The notes beneath the pieces were generated by a model. The model had not been told where the DNA came from, searched no databases, and was given only the letters and a program-made list of their open reading frames with translations. The position numbers were made by a program, and so were the translations under genes. A stretch of 64,000 nucleotides of DNA from a virus, in IMG/VR virus record IMGVR_UViG_3300042888_002402. One strand, given 5' to 3'. Position 1 is the stretch's first letter, and each line of letters opens with the position of its first letter. Below, in pieces: positions 1-8,774 of the stretch.

Positions 1-199
1 GTATTTTTTTAGCCCATGCTTCATATATAGATTCATAATCTTTCCAAAGTTGATGCCCTGTAAAATTATGATTGTTATATCGGTTACAATCAGTGCAGGC
101 AATGTTACATATGTTGGTTATGTAAACTTCAACATTGGGTACGTACAGTCGTGGATCCCAAGGTGTTTCATCGGGCCACTGTACTTTGGGATCAATCAT
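1..199 (-). CDS. Radical SAM protein, N-terminal part (runs off the window start; not in the ORF track)
   Basis: Manual translation from ATG 199: MIDPKVQWPDETPWDPRLYVPNVEVYITNICNIACTDCNRYNNHNFTGHQLWKDYESIYEAWAKKI. Contains CxxxCxxC (CNIACTDC). TAAATA lies 4 nt upstream. Confidence 0.85.
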   Translation of the reverse strand, partial: MIDPKVQWPDETPWDPRLYVPNVEVYITNICNIACTDCNRYNNHNFTGHQLWKDYESIYEAWAKKI

Positions 200-206
200 G
201 CTATAT

Positions 207-1346
207 TTACCAGGCCTTGAGAATGATTAAATTCTCAGTGCCGCGACCATTGAATGCAATTTCGGTAGCCTTGATGTCTTTGTAAAATTTACGAGCTGCA
301 GGTTTACCAGCGGCACCCATACCTTTCAACTGTTCAGCAGGTTTACGCAGAGTTTTTTGCATTGTTTCAGTGGTGCTAAATCCAATGATACTGTTATTTT
401 TAATAGTGAATGTTTTGGAGTAGGCATCTGCCACCACATGAATTAACTTGCGTTTTTTAGTGTCGTAGAGCCAGGCCTCGGACTTTTCAATCAACTGACT
501 GGGTGGTAAACTTTTGAGTTTGAGTTCAGCAAACTCGGACATGAACTTAAATTTGCTAGATTGTTTTTCAGGACTAACTGCTTTTTTTGCACGTGGTTTG
601 CGTTCAACTTTTTTAATTTGAATATACGCACCACAGTCATTGATCACAGTTTCACAGAATTTAAGCACATTACGCAATTGAATTTTGGTAAGGTGTTTGT
701 AGCCTTCAACCAACTGTGCATCCTTACCTTCAACTACTTGTTCAAATTCTACTTGGCGTTGTTTCCAAATATCACTGAGAGTACTGATCATTTGTGGTGC
801 CACGTTTAGGCTACGCATTAGCACAATGGGTTTAAAATCTGCTGACATTTTGGCACCAGACACAATGAACTCGTCAAACATGCCTTCGAGCTCTCCTGCG
901 CACTCGCTGACTTTTTCACGCAACCGATCTTGAATTGTTGTGCGTGGTGTATCGTCAATTGCTATTACTTCTTCTGCAACTTCTTGTTGTTTTGATTGCA
1001 CACATTCTTTTAACAAATTATCAAGTTTAATTTGTTCATGCTCAGTGAGCTCTAGCCCTACCATGCTCATGCGACACAACCAGCCTGTGGTCAGACGGAT
1101 GGCAGAATCCGGAACCCCTTTAAGCAATCGCACATCAGCTTTTCTTCCGTGCAATTCCAAATAATTGACAATCATATCACGGGCATCTTTTTTTCCGTAG
1201 AAGTAGTTGTACCAACTGAATGCTTTGCTCAAAGAACTAATACGATGTTCAACGGGTTGACTTTTCCACGTGGGTTCCATGCCCATGGCATTGGTATCTG
1301 CACTGCGTGGGTTTAGTGGTTTAATGGACTGTTTGGTAGCGTTCAT
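207..1346 (-). CDS. Phage hypothetical protein with basic C-terminal domain
   Basis: Long ORF. Likely start is ATG 1346 (MNATKQ), after an AAGGA RBS and a sigma70-type promoter. Confidence 0.75.
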   Translation of the reverse strand: MNATKQSIKPLNPRSADTNAMGMEPTWKSQPVEHRISSLSKAFSWYNYFYGKKDARDMIVNYLELHGRKADVRLLKGVPDSAIRLTTGWLCRMSMVGLELTEHEQIKLDNLLKECVQSKQQEVAEEVIAIDDTPRTTIQDRLREKVSECAGELEGMFDEFIVSGAKMSADFKPIVLMRSLNVAPQMISTLSDIWKQRQVEFEQVVEGKDAQLVEGYKHLTKIQLRNVLKFCETVINDCGAYIQIKKVERKPRAKKAVSPEKQSSKFKFMSEFAELKLKSLPPSQLIEKSEAWLYDTKKRKLIHVVADAYSKTFTIKNNSIIGFSTTETMQKTLRKPAEQLKGMGAAGKPAARKFYKDIKATEIAFNGRGTENLIILKAW

Positions 1347-1372
1347 TTGTGTTCCTTGGCCGTTAAGTTTGT

Positions 1373-1401
1373 ATTGTAGCAAAAAGAGCATTTTTGGTCA
1401 A
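1373..1401 (-). promoter_or_regulatory. Sigma70-type early promoter
   Basis: TTGACC-N17-TACAAT on the minus strand, with extended -10 TG. Confidence 0.75.
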
Positions 1402-1652
1402 CCTGCCATTAAACAAGCAAATACAAGGTATTTTTCCAGGTGCTCAATTTGAGCCGTAGCATTTAGTATTAGTTTTTCATAGCGGGGTGTTGTTTTATGC
1501 ATACGGCGGCATTCCACACTTTCGCGGCTGATGTCTTCAAAAATTGCCAAAACATTGTTATGCATTTTTACCAAATCTCGCCTGGCAGTTTTATTTTTTA
1601 GATTGCCAATCCGAACTTTAGTTTCATAAAGTCTCTGTTCTAATTGCTCCAT
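1398..1652 (-). CDS. Small helical hypothetical protein (~84 aa)
   Basis: Likely start is ATG 1652 (MEQLEQRL), 7 nt downstream of a TATAAT box. Confidence 0.7.
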   Translation of the reverse strand: MEQLEQRLYETKVRIGNLKNKTARRDLVKMHNNVLAIFEDISRESVECRRMHKTTPRYEKLILNATAQIEHLEKYLVFACLMAG

Positions 1653-1659
1653 AATTGTA

Positions 1660-1688
1660 ATTATACTTGAAGATAACTTTGTTGTCAA
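1660..1688 (-). promoter_or_regulatory. Perfect consensus sigma70 promoter
   Basis: TTGACA-acaaagttatcttcaag (17 nt)-TATAAT on the minus strand. Confidence 0.9.
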
Positions 1689-1695
1689 TCTGGTC

Positions 1696-1703
1696 CATAA
1701 ATA
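1696..1703 (+). promoter_or_regulatory. T4-type late promoter (CATAAATA)
   Basis: Matches the gp55-dependent TATAAATA consensus, 7 nt before the gp14 ATG. Confidence 0.75.
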
Positions 1704-1710
1704 CAATACT

Positions 1711-3078
1711 ATGCCACGCCTCTCACTTTACAGACCCAATCGAACCAACGATTACCAATTTTTTGACCGCACAATAAAAGAAATGTTTACTGTGGGAGGG
1801 CTTGACATTTATATACACAAATATCTAGGGCCTATTGTAGACAACAGTGCTAATCCTGGCAATAACGATGCAACGCTGCCAGTGTATACCAGCACCAATC
1901 CTTTGTTTATTGAAGATTTATTATTGTTAGAAAATAGAGATCGTGCATATGACCCAGATGTGTTTGTCATGCGTGGTGTTTATCGCACACAAGACATTGA
2001 TTTTGATTTGACACAATTTGGATTGTTTTTAAATAACGACACGTTGTTTATAACATTTCATTTCAACTACATGATTGATTGCATTGGCCGCAAACTCATG
2101 ACAGGTGATGTGATTGAAGTTCCAAACTTGAAAGATTACTATCCTTTAGATGCAACTATACCAAGAGCATTGCCTAGGTATTATGTCATACAAGATGGAA
2201 ACTATGCGTCAGAAGGGTTCAGTCAAACTTGGTTGCCACACTTGTGGCGTATCAAAGCTACTCCAATGGTCAATGCACAAGAATTTCAACAGATTGTTGA
2301 TCAACCATTTATGCCAGAAAATATCTGGGACGATGGTAATTTTTATCCTAGTGGTGACACTGTGAATTCTGGCAACGATTATTTTATAGCCAAACAAAAT
2401 GTTCCTCCTGGTACACCTATCACAGATACCAACTACTGGACTCCTATACCTAACCCAGCCACTGTGGGCGACAGGATGAGTACTCGACCAAAAGATCTTG
2501 AAATCAATGATGCGCTGTTGGTTCAAGCTGAGGTGGAGGTTCCAGCGAGTGGTTACGATACCACAATGTTTTATGTATTGCCAACATTTCCAGATGGGCA
2601 ACCAGCCAGTGCCGGCCTCAGTACAGACAACGATTCAGCACTGATTGGCAATCAACCAGGCGGAGGAGTAACTCCTAACAGTTTTGGCTATACCGACGGT
2701 TATTTAACTGGGGACGATCGAACGCCGAACGGACTGCCAGTGACCACTGGTGTTAGTTTTCCGCCTAACCCTGCAATTGGAACCTATGTGCTAAGGCTAG
2801 ATTACTACCCAAATAGACTGTTTAGATACAATGGCAAAGCCTGGGTAACAATCCAAAGCGGAGTGAGAACCAATCTCACATTGGGTCCCATGGATCCATT
2901 GGCACCTACGGATAAAAGTCAACGAGCCAGCTTTATAAACAATACATACACTGTGAACACAACAGATATGGGCAACATTCCAAGTCGTCAGAGTCTTAGT
3001 GAAGCACTGCGACCATTGGCAGACAATGGCGACCAAGGCGGCGATTTGCCGCCGAACCCAAGACCACCCGGAAGGTAA
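1711..3078 (+). CDS. gp14: Neck / head-closure protein (T4 gp14-like) with C-terminal extension
   Basis: N-terminal MPRLSLYRP..DYQFFDRTIKEMF and LTQFGLFL..DTLFITFH..GDVIEVP motifs. Lies directly upstream of gp15. Confidence 0.7.
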   Translation: MPRLSLYRPNRTNDYQFFDRTIKEMFTVGGLDIYIHKYLGPIVDNSANPGNNDATLPVYTSTNPLFIEDLLLLENRDRAYDPDVFVMRGVYRTQDIDFDLTQFGLFLNNDTLFITFHFNYMIDCIGRKLMTGDVIEVPNLKDYYPLDATIPRALPRYYVIQDGNYASEGFSQTWLPHLWRIKATPMVNAQEFQQIVDQPFMPENIWDDGNFYPSGDTVNSGNDYFIAKQNVPPGTPITDTNYWTPIPNPATVGDRMSTRPKDLEINDALLVQAEVEVPASGYDTTMFYVLPTFPDGQPASAGLSTDNDSALIGNQPGGGVTPNSFGYTDGYLTGDDRTPNGLPVTTGVSFPPNPAIGTYVLRLDYYPNRLFRYNGKAWVTIQSGVRTNLTLGPMDPLAPTDKSQRASFINNTYTVNTTDMGNIPSRQSLSEALRPLADNGDQGGDLPPNPRPPGR

Positions 3079-3081
3079 TAA

Positions 3082-4476
3082 ATGGCAGTACAGTTCTTTT
3101 ATGACGAACAAATACGAAGATTTTTGTTGCAGTTCGCTAGGATATTTTCAAACTTCCAAGTTGAATATGGTCGCAATGAAATGGGCCAAAACGATACCTT
3201 GATTCGTGTGCCTGTTCGGTATGGTGATTCCAGTAGACAAGCACAAACTGTTATACAACAAAACTCAGCCAGTGAACTTAATAGCACTCCAATGATGACT
3301 TTTTACATAACAGATTTAAAGTATGATCGTGCCAGAATACAAGATCCAACATACATTGGTACCATTCAAGTGCGACAAAGAATCTACGACAGTGTCACTG
3401 ATACCTATGAACAAACACAGGGCAATGCATTTACCATTGATCGACTCATGCCTGTGCCGTTTGAGTGCACTATCAAATTGGATATATGGACTTCAAATAC
3501 CAACCAAAAAATGCAGTTGTTGGAACAAATTTTAGTGTTGTTTAATCCCAGTTTAGAAATACAAAGCACTGATAACTACATAGATTGGACCAGCTTGACT
3601 GTGTTGTATCTTGACGATGTCAATTGGTCAAGTCGAACTATACCAGTGGGTGCAGATAATCCTATAGATATCTGCACACTGACTTTTAAATTACCCATGT
3701 GGATCAGCAGCCCGGCCAAAGTTAAAAAATTGGGTGTGGTTGAGCGTATTATTATGAGTGTGTTTGATGCTGATGGCGATATCAATAATGCTGCGTTGGA
3801 TAATGATCTGTTGCTAGGTACTCGTCAACAAATTACACCATGGGCATATCAGGTATTGTTGATTGATAACAAACTACAAGCCTTGGCTCAAAATCAAGTG
3901 GTGGACCAACCTAATGCCAGTCTGACTCCGCCTGACAGTCCCCCAAGCAATCTATTATGGAACAATATTGTAAATCAATACGGCAAATTACGCCCGGGAA
4001 TTAGTTATGTGACCTTGGAGCAACCCAATGGTACCGATGTCATAGGTACTGTCACATACGATCCAACTGATGATAGATTTTTATTATTTGATGTCAATAC
4101 CGGAACCAAACCGGCAAATACTCTGGCGCCATTGACTGCGGTTATAAATCCATTGGCCAGTGGACCTGGTGCAGGGCTTGTAGCAGCTGCAGTCGGACAA
4201 CGCTATTTGTTCACTGACGACACCGGCAGTTGGGATGGCACAAGTCCTGTTGCCTGGCAAGGCTTGAACGGAGAACCATTGGTAGCGCATGCCAATGACA
4301 TTGTGGAATACGACGGTGAGCGTTGGACCGTGTCTTTTGACAGTACCAGTAGTCCCAACAACATTCAATATGTCACAAATATAACCACAGAAATACAGTA
4401 TCGCTGGACTGGTACTGCATGGGTTAAAAGCTATCAAGGACTATATCCAGGAGGCCAATGGAGTCTAGTGTTATAA
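3082..4476 (+). CDS. gp15: Tail terminator / sheath stabiliser (T4 gp15-like)
   Basis: QFFYDEQIRRFLLQFARIFSNF, VPVRYGD and MPVPF..LDIWT..QLLEQILVLFNP motifs. Confidence 0.85.
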   Translation: MAVQFFYDEQIRRFLLQFARIFSNFQVEYGRNEMGQNDTLIRVPVRYGDSSRQAQTVIQQNSASELNSTPMMTFYITDLKYDRARIQDPTYIGTIQVRQRIYDSVTDTYEQTQGNAFTIDRLMPVPFECTIKLDIWTSNTNQKMQLLEQILVLFNPSLEIQSTDNYIDWTSLTVLYLDDVNWSSRTIPVGADNPIDICTLTFKLPMWISSPAKVKKLGVVERIIMSVFDADGDINNAALDNDLLLGTRQQITPWAYQVLLIDNKLQALAQNQVVDQPNASLTPPDSPPSNLLWNNIVNQYGKLRPGISYVTLEQPNGTDVIGTVTYDPTDDRFLLFDVNTGTKPANTLAPLTAVINPLASGPGAGLVAAAVGQRYLFTDDTGSWDGTSPVAWQGLNGEPLVAHANDIVEYDGERWTVSFDSTSSPNNIQYVTNITTEIQYRWTGTAWVKSYQGLYPGGQWSLVL

Positions 4477-4907
4477 ATCCAGTGGAAGCAGTTGGAGTAT
4501 GGTTTTACTCCGCCAGTACTCAACGCTACTTGTACCTGTTGCGAAATGACATCAAGAACCCAAACACCTGGGGTTTGCCAGGCGGCAAAGTAGAAGACAG
4601 TGAAACACTTGTAGACTGTATTGTTCGAGAATGCAGTGAAGAATTAGGATCAATGCCCAATTATTTGCGATTGGTTCCATTGGAAAAATTTACAACTGTT
4701 GATGGAAAATTTGTTTACAACACATTTTTTTGTAGTGTTAAAAATGAATTTCATCCAATACTCAATGACGAACATGTGGGATGGGCCTGGATTGCTTCAG
4801 GCAACTGGCCTCGCCCAATGCATCCTGGGCTGTGGTCAACTGTAAATCTTGATTCAGTGCGTGATAAAATATCAACCATTGAACATCAAGTTCAAATATC
4901 GCAATAG
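4458..4907 (+). CDS. Nudix hydrolase
   Basis: Nudix box GLPGGKVEDSETLVDCIVRECSEELG. Confidence 0.9.
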   Translation: MESSVINPVEAVGVWFYSASTQRYLYLLRNDIKNPNTWGLPGGKVEDSETLVDCIVRECSEELGSMPNYLRLVPLEKFTTVDGKFVYNTFFCSVKNEFHPILNDEHVGWAWIASGNWPRPMHPGLWSTVNLDSVRDKISTIEHQVQISQ

Positions 4908-5554
4908 CCTATAAACTCTCTGTAGGTAAAATTATTTGCATTGGGTGCTTCCATCCATACATCTGGCATGTTGGTTTTTTCACCTATTAGATAAAATTTT
5001 ACGCCGGCATAAGCATCCATAACTTGCCTGATTTGGTTAAACCAGGTTGGTTGATCAACCGGAGTTTCGCGGTTGTATCCAAGTAAAAATATCTCTTGGT
5101 GTCCATCAAACGCAGCCAAATACAATAACAATGCTATGTCAAGTAATCTTGGTGCGTGAGGAATTAAATAAAATTCACCCGGATGCGTTATGCAATTCCG
5201 TGGTGTGGTGTAAACAATGTTGTTTTCTTGATATTTGGTAGGTAATATTTGAGACAATTTAGTTTTGTCTGACTCCACTGCAAAATCCAATCGCATGTCT
5301 TGTGTGATATTGCCAACTCCGTAGGTTTGTACTTTTTTTGATCCTAATAGGCCTCCACGATGGCGTTGTAATCGTGTGTAGTCAAATTGGGTTTGGTCAA
5401 AGTTGCTGCCAATGCAAACGGCACGTCCGGATATGTGCTGATTTTGAATAGGATTTTCAATCCACTCTCGTCGTTCAATTTTTTTGCCTTTGGCCCAGCG
5501 AGTTTCAAGTATAACAAATTCGCCAGCGTAATCTTGACGATATCTTGCTTCCAT
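4892..5554 (-). CDS. Maf/DUF115-like (glycosyltransferase-related Rossmann fold) protein
   Basis: AVCIGS and LYLAAFDGHQEIFLLGYN motifs. Appears paralogous to 20387..20974. Confidence 0.5.
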   Translation of the reverse strand: MEARYRQDYAGEFVILETRWAKGKKIERREWIENPIQNQHISGRAVCIGSNFDQTQFDYTRLQRHRGGLLGSKKVQTYGVGNITQDMRLDFAVESDKTKLSQILPTKYQENNIVYTTPRNCITHPGEFYLIPHAPRLLDIALLLYLAAFDGHQEIFLLGYNRETPVDQPTWFNQIRQVMDAYAGVKFYLIGEKTNMPDVWMEAPNANNFTYREFIGYCDI

Positions 5555-7401
5555 TATGTCCTGCCAACTGCAACTTCAATGGTGCCAATTTCTCCAGAGT
5601 CCCATTCTTCAAGTGCTTTGCCAATGATACATCCAGGTTGATATTGAGTAATGTCAAGTGGCCTAGCAACTCCGTCTATTGTGCTGGCTACCAATCTATC
5701 ACCTTTGTGTATGATTCCTACAACTTTGCAAGGAACTCTACCAGTCAGTGCAACTGCTGCAGTATATTCACTGCTCAGTGTTGAATTCATCAAGTAGGCG
5801 GGTTGTGTACTAACAATGCCAGCAACTTGTGTGTTATGGCTGCCCGAGCTAACAGTTATTTCGCGTGTGCCACCAAACATGACCACAGTGCCTGGCAAGT
5901 ATGTTGCATCTGCAGTATAGACTTCTGCCAAGTCAGCGTATTGTGCAGTGGTTGCTTTGGCAAATATGGTGTTGAAAGTGGCGCCGGCGGCGCCAATGTT
6001 ACCTGAACCTGATGTGGCACCGTTGGTGATTGCAGTAGTAGCATTGTTGATTGTGAGTCCAGATAGTGTACCGACACTTGTAATATTGGGTTGTGCAGCA
6101 GTGGTCACAGTACCTGCTGTGGTTGCACTGGCCACTGTACCCGATACGTTGACTGTGACTGCTCCAGTTGCACCGCTTACAGAAATGTTTGTACCTGCCA
6201 CAATGCTGGTAACACCAGTGTTGGTAATAGAAACTGCACCGGTTGCACTAGTATTTGTACTCAAACCAGAACTGGTTGTCAATGCCGTAACACCGGTATT
6301 AGTAAAGGTAACTGCACCAGTTGCGGCACTTACTCCAATACCTGTTCCTGCCACAGCCGAACCAACTCCAGTATGAGTGTGGTCTGCACGAGCATAACGC
6401 AAACTTGTACCAACTGTGTTGGTACCAATTGATGTTGGTGTTGCTGCACTGGCTTGTCCAATTACAAAAGCAGTGGTAGCTAATTGTGTGGTGTTTGTAT
6501 CTGCTGCTGCCGTGGCTGAACTTGCGTTGCCTGATACTGCCAATGAACCTAATGTACCAACTGAGGTAATATTGGTCTGTGCAGCAGTGGTCAATGTTCC
6601 TACAATGCTGGTGCCACTTAGGTTACCCGAAGTGATGTTGCCAGTAACTGCCAAAGCAGTCAAAGTACCCACTGAGGTAATGTTGGTTTGTGCCGCAGTG
6701 GTCAATGTTCCTACAATGCTGGTGCCACTTAGGTTACCCGAAGTAATGTTGCCAGTAACTGCCAAAGCAGTCAAAGTACCCACTGAAGTGATGTTGGTCT
6801 GTGCGGCAGTTTGTAATGCGCCAGTGACATTAGTGAATGTACCTGCTGTACCTGATACGTTACCACCGGTTATATTACCGGTAGCACTGATGCCACCTGC
6901 AGTTGCCCAAACATTGGCGGTATTATTGTACAACCAAGTGATGAACGGAGTGCCAATCGGACCCACTTCAATGCCGCCGCCGTTGGCCTGCGAGCTATTG
7001 GTTGCGTTATTGGCAAAGTTGATGGTCAAATCATTTGTGCTGACCACATTAGAATTAATAGTTGTGGTATTGCCGTTGACTTGCAAGTTACCAGCAATGA
7101 CCACTAGTCCATCTACGCCACCAGATGCATTCGGGTCAATGGTCAGGGTTGATCCAGATGATACAATGGTATTGCCACTGATGGTAAATCCACCAATTGT
7201 GGCAATTCCAGTAGTGCTGATATTGCCACCTGTGACATTGCCTACTGCACTGACATTTCCAGGAGTTAATAAATTTCCGCCCTGAACATTACCAGTGGCG
7301 CTGAGATTTGTTGGAGCAAATGCTCCGGTAATTGAAATATTATTACCAACAATATTACCAGTGGTTGATATTCCTGTTGTGCCGTCTAGTGTTAATGACA
7401 T
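5554..7401 (-). CDS. Tail fibre/spike protein with C-terminal intramolecular chaperone (Peptidase G2-like autocleaving domain)
   Basis: G/T/N/S-rich repeats. C-terminal QYADLAEVY..GRVPCKVVG..KGD..IIGKALE..IEVAVGR. Confidence 0.75.
   Translation of the reverse strand: MSLTLDGTTGISTTGNIVGNNISITGAFAPTNLSATGNVQGGNLLTPGNVSAVGNVTGGNISTTGIATIGGFTISGNTIVSSGSTLTIDPNASGGVDGLVVIAGNLQVNGNTTTINSNVVSTNDLTINFANNATNSSQANGGGIEVGPIGTPFITWLYNNTANVWATAGGISATGNITGGNVSGTAGTFTNVTGALQTAAQTNITSVGTLTALAVTGNITSGNLSGTSIVGTLTTAAQTNITSVGTLTALAVTGNITSGNLSGTSIVGTLTTAAQTNITSVGTLGSLAVSGNASSATAAADTNTTQLATTAFVIGQASAATPTSIGTNTVGTSLRYARADHTHTGVGSAVAGTGIGVSAATGAVTFTNTGVTALTTSSGLSTNTSATGAVSITNTGVTSIVAGTNISVSGATGAVTVNVSGTVASATTAGTVTTAAQPNITSVGTLSGLTINNATTAITNGATSGSGNIGAAGATFNTIFAKATTAQYADLAEVYTADATYLPGTVVMFGGTREITVSSGSHNTQVAGIVSTQPAYLMNSTLSSEYTAAVALTGRVPCKVVGIIHKGDRLVASTIDGVARPLDITQYQPGCIIGKALEEWDSGEIGTIEVAVGRT
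6555..6810 (-). repeat. ~108-bp coding tandem repeat (about 2.4 copies)
   Basis: Repeated peptide TAAQTNITSVGTLTALAVTGNITSGNLSGTSIVGTL, near-identical at DNA level. Confidence 0.9.
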
Positions 7402-7431
7402 GTCGTGTATCCTTTATCTTTTATATTTATG

Positions 7432-8700
7432 TTAAAAAGACCCAAGTATGTACAGTGTGGAATCATCAGGAATTGTTATATTATACCCAGGAGCAATGCT
7501 AACTGGTCCAAATAATACTGCATTTGTGTTGTCCGCAGTAATAACGTTAGAACTAAGAGTCTTTGGTGTTGCAAACGAACCATACATGCTCAGTGCACCT
7601 GTGCTGATAACCACAGTGTTACTTTGAGCCTGCACACTCATGGCAATGTTTCCACTGGCCACAGGTATGCTGATGTCAGTGGCGCCGTTGGCAATTTGAC
7701 TAGCAGATCCTGCATTAAGTCCAGTGATGTATATGCCATTACCGTACAGATAATTACCAATTACATTTCCGCCAGTGATGTTGCCAGTTGCGCTGATATT
7801 TCCAGCAGTTAAATTACCACTGAATGTTGGTAGGTAATTGGCCACATTGGCATTGCCATATGTTGCTGGCAATCCACTTAAAAATGCTCCATTTCCAAAA
7901 ATATAACTGCCAGTGATATTACCACTGACTGATACATTGCTGGGCAAACTAAATGTCACTGTATCTGTGGCAGTTATGGCAACATTCACTTGATTAGCAG
8001 TTCCGACAAGACTTAGTGTTCCATCCAATGCCAATGCAGTGGTATTGCCGCCATCACTAATGGTAAGGCCACCTGAAATAAATCCATCCACATAAGCTTT
8101 AGTAGCTGCATCTTGAGCAGCCACTGGGTCACTTACATTGTTGATCCAATTGTTGCTAACATTGATATTACCAGACGCTACGGACAACACTCCAGAAACA
8201 TACACACCAGTATTGGCCACGGTTAGCACATTGGCAGTTCCAGCAGAACTTATGGTTACGTTGGCATTTGAATTGACCACAACATTACTGGTGCCGCCAC
8301 TGATACTGTTGGCCATGTAGTTCTGCGTAAAAGTTAATGCAGTGGTACCTATAGTAATGGGGTTATCAGTGATTAATTTCCATTGAGTATCTGCATAAAC
8401 TACACCTTCGGTGACCATGATCACAGTACCGGCCAGCAGTTCTCCAGTTTGATTGTTGTCGTTGGATCGCACCCAAGTACCGTTTGATCCAGATCCCAGG
8501 GTATCAACGTAGTAAATGCCATTTTGGCTGGCAGTGGTTTGACCAGTGACCAACACGCGGTCGTTATTACTGAGAGTAACTCCATCAACTTGACTGGGGG
8601 CACCGCCTGACAAGGTGATATTTGCAGTCGTGACCACACGAGTTGCTTGTTTGTAATCTATGTCATAAATCTGTTGTGCACGAGGTCTGGTTAAGCCCAT
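7432..8700 (-). CDS. Virion structural (fibre/decoration) protein
   Basis: ANITLSGG..VDGVTL..DRVLVTGQT..QNGIY module and DAATKAYVD fibre motif. Late promoter upstream. Confidence 0.7.
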   Translation of the reverse strand: MGLTRPRAQQIYDIDYKQATRVVTTANITLSGGAPSQVDGVTLSNNDRVLVTGQTTASQNGIYYVDTLGSGSNGTWVRSNDNNQTGELLAGTVIMVTEGVVYADTQWKLITDNPITIGTTALTFTQNYMANSISGGTSNVVVNSNANVTISSAGTANVLTVANTGVYVSGVLSVASGNINVSNNWINNVSDPVAAQDAATKAYVDGFISGGLTISDGGNTTALALDGTLSLVGTANQVNVAITATDTVTFSLPSNVSVSGNITGSYIFGNGAFLSGLPATYGNANVANYLPTFSGNLTAGNISATGNITGGNVIGNYLYGNGIYITGLNAGSASQIANGATDISIPVASGNIAMSVQAQSNTVVISTGALSMYGSFATPKTLSSNVITADNTNAVLFGPVSIAPGYNITIPDDSTLYILGSF

Positions 8701-8729
8701 TGTTGTTCCAATTGTATCATATATTTAGT

Positions 8730-8760
8730 AAAAAAAAATAGGACCCGAAGGTCCTATTTG
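8730..8760 (-). terminator. Rho-independent terminator with cUUCGg tetraloop
   Basis: Minus strand AAATAGGACC-TTCG-GGTCCTATTT plus T run. A TAAATA late promoter (8722-8727) follows immediately. Confidence 0.9.
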
Positions 8761-8774
8761 TAAGTGCTGGTAGA

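Noticed and set aside
6555-6810. Tandem repeats as a CRISPR array
   Set aside because: In-frame coding repeats with no unique spacers and no cas genes.
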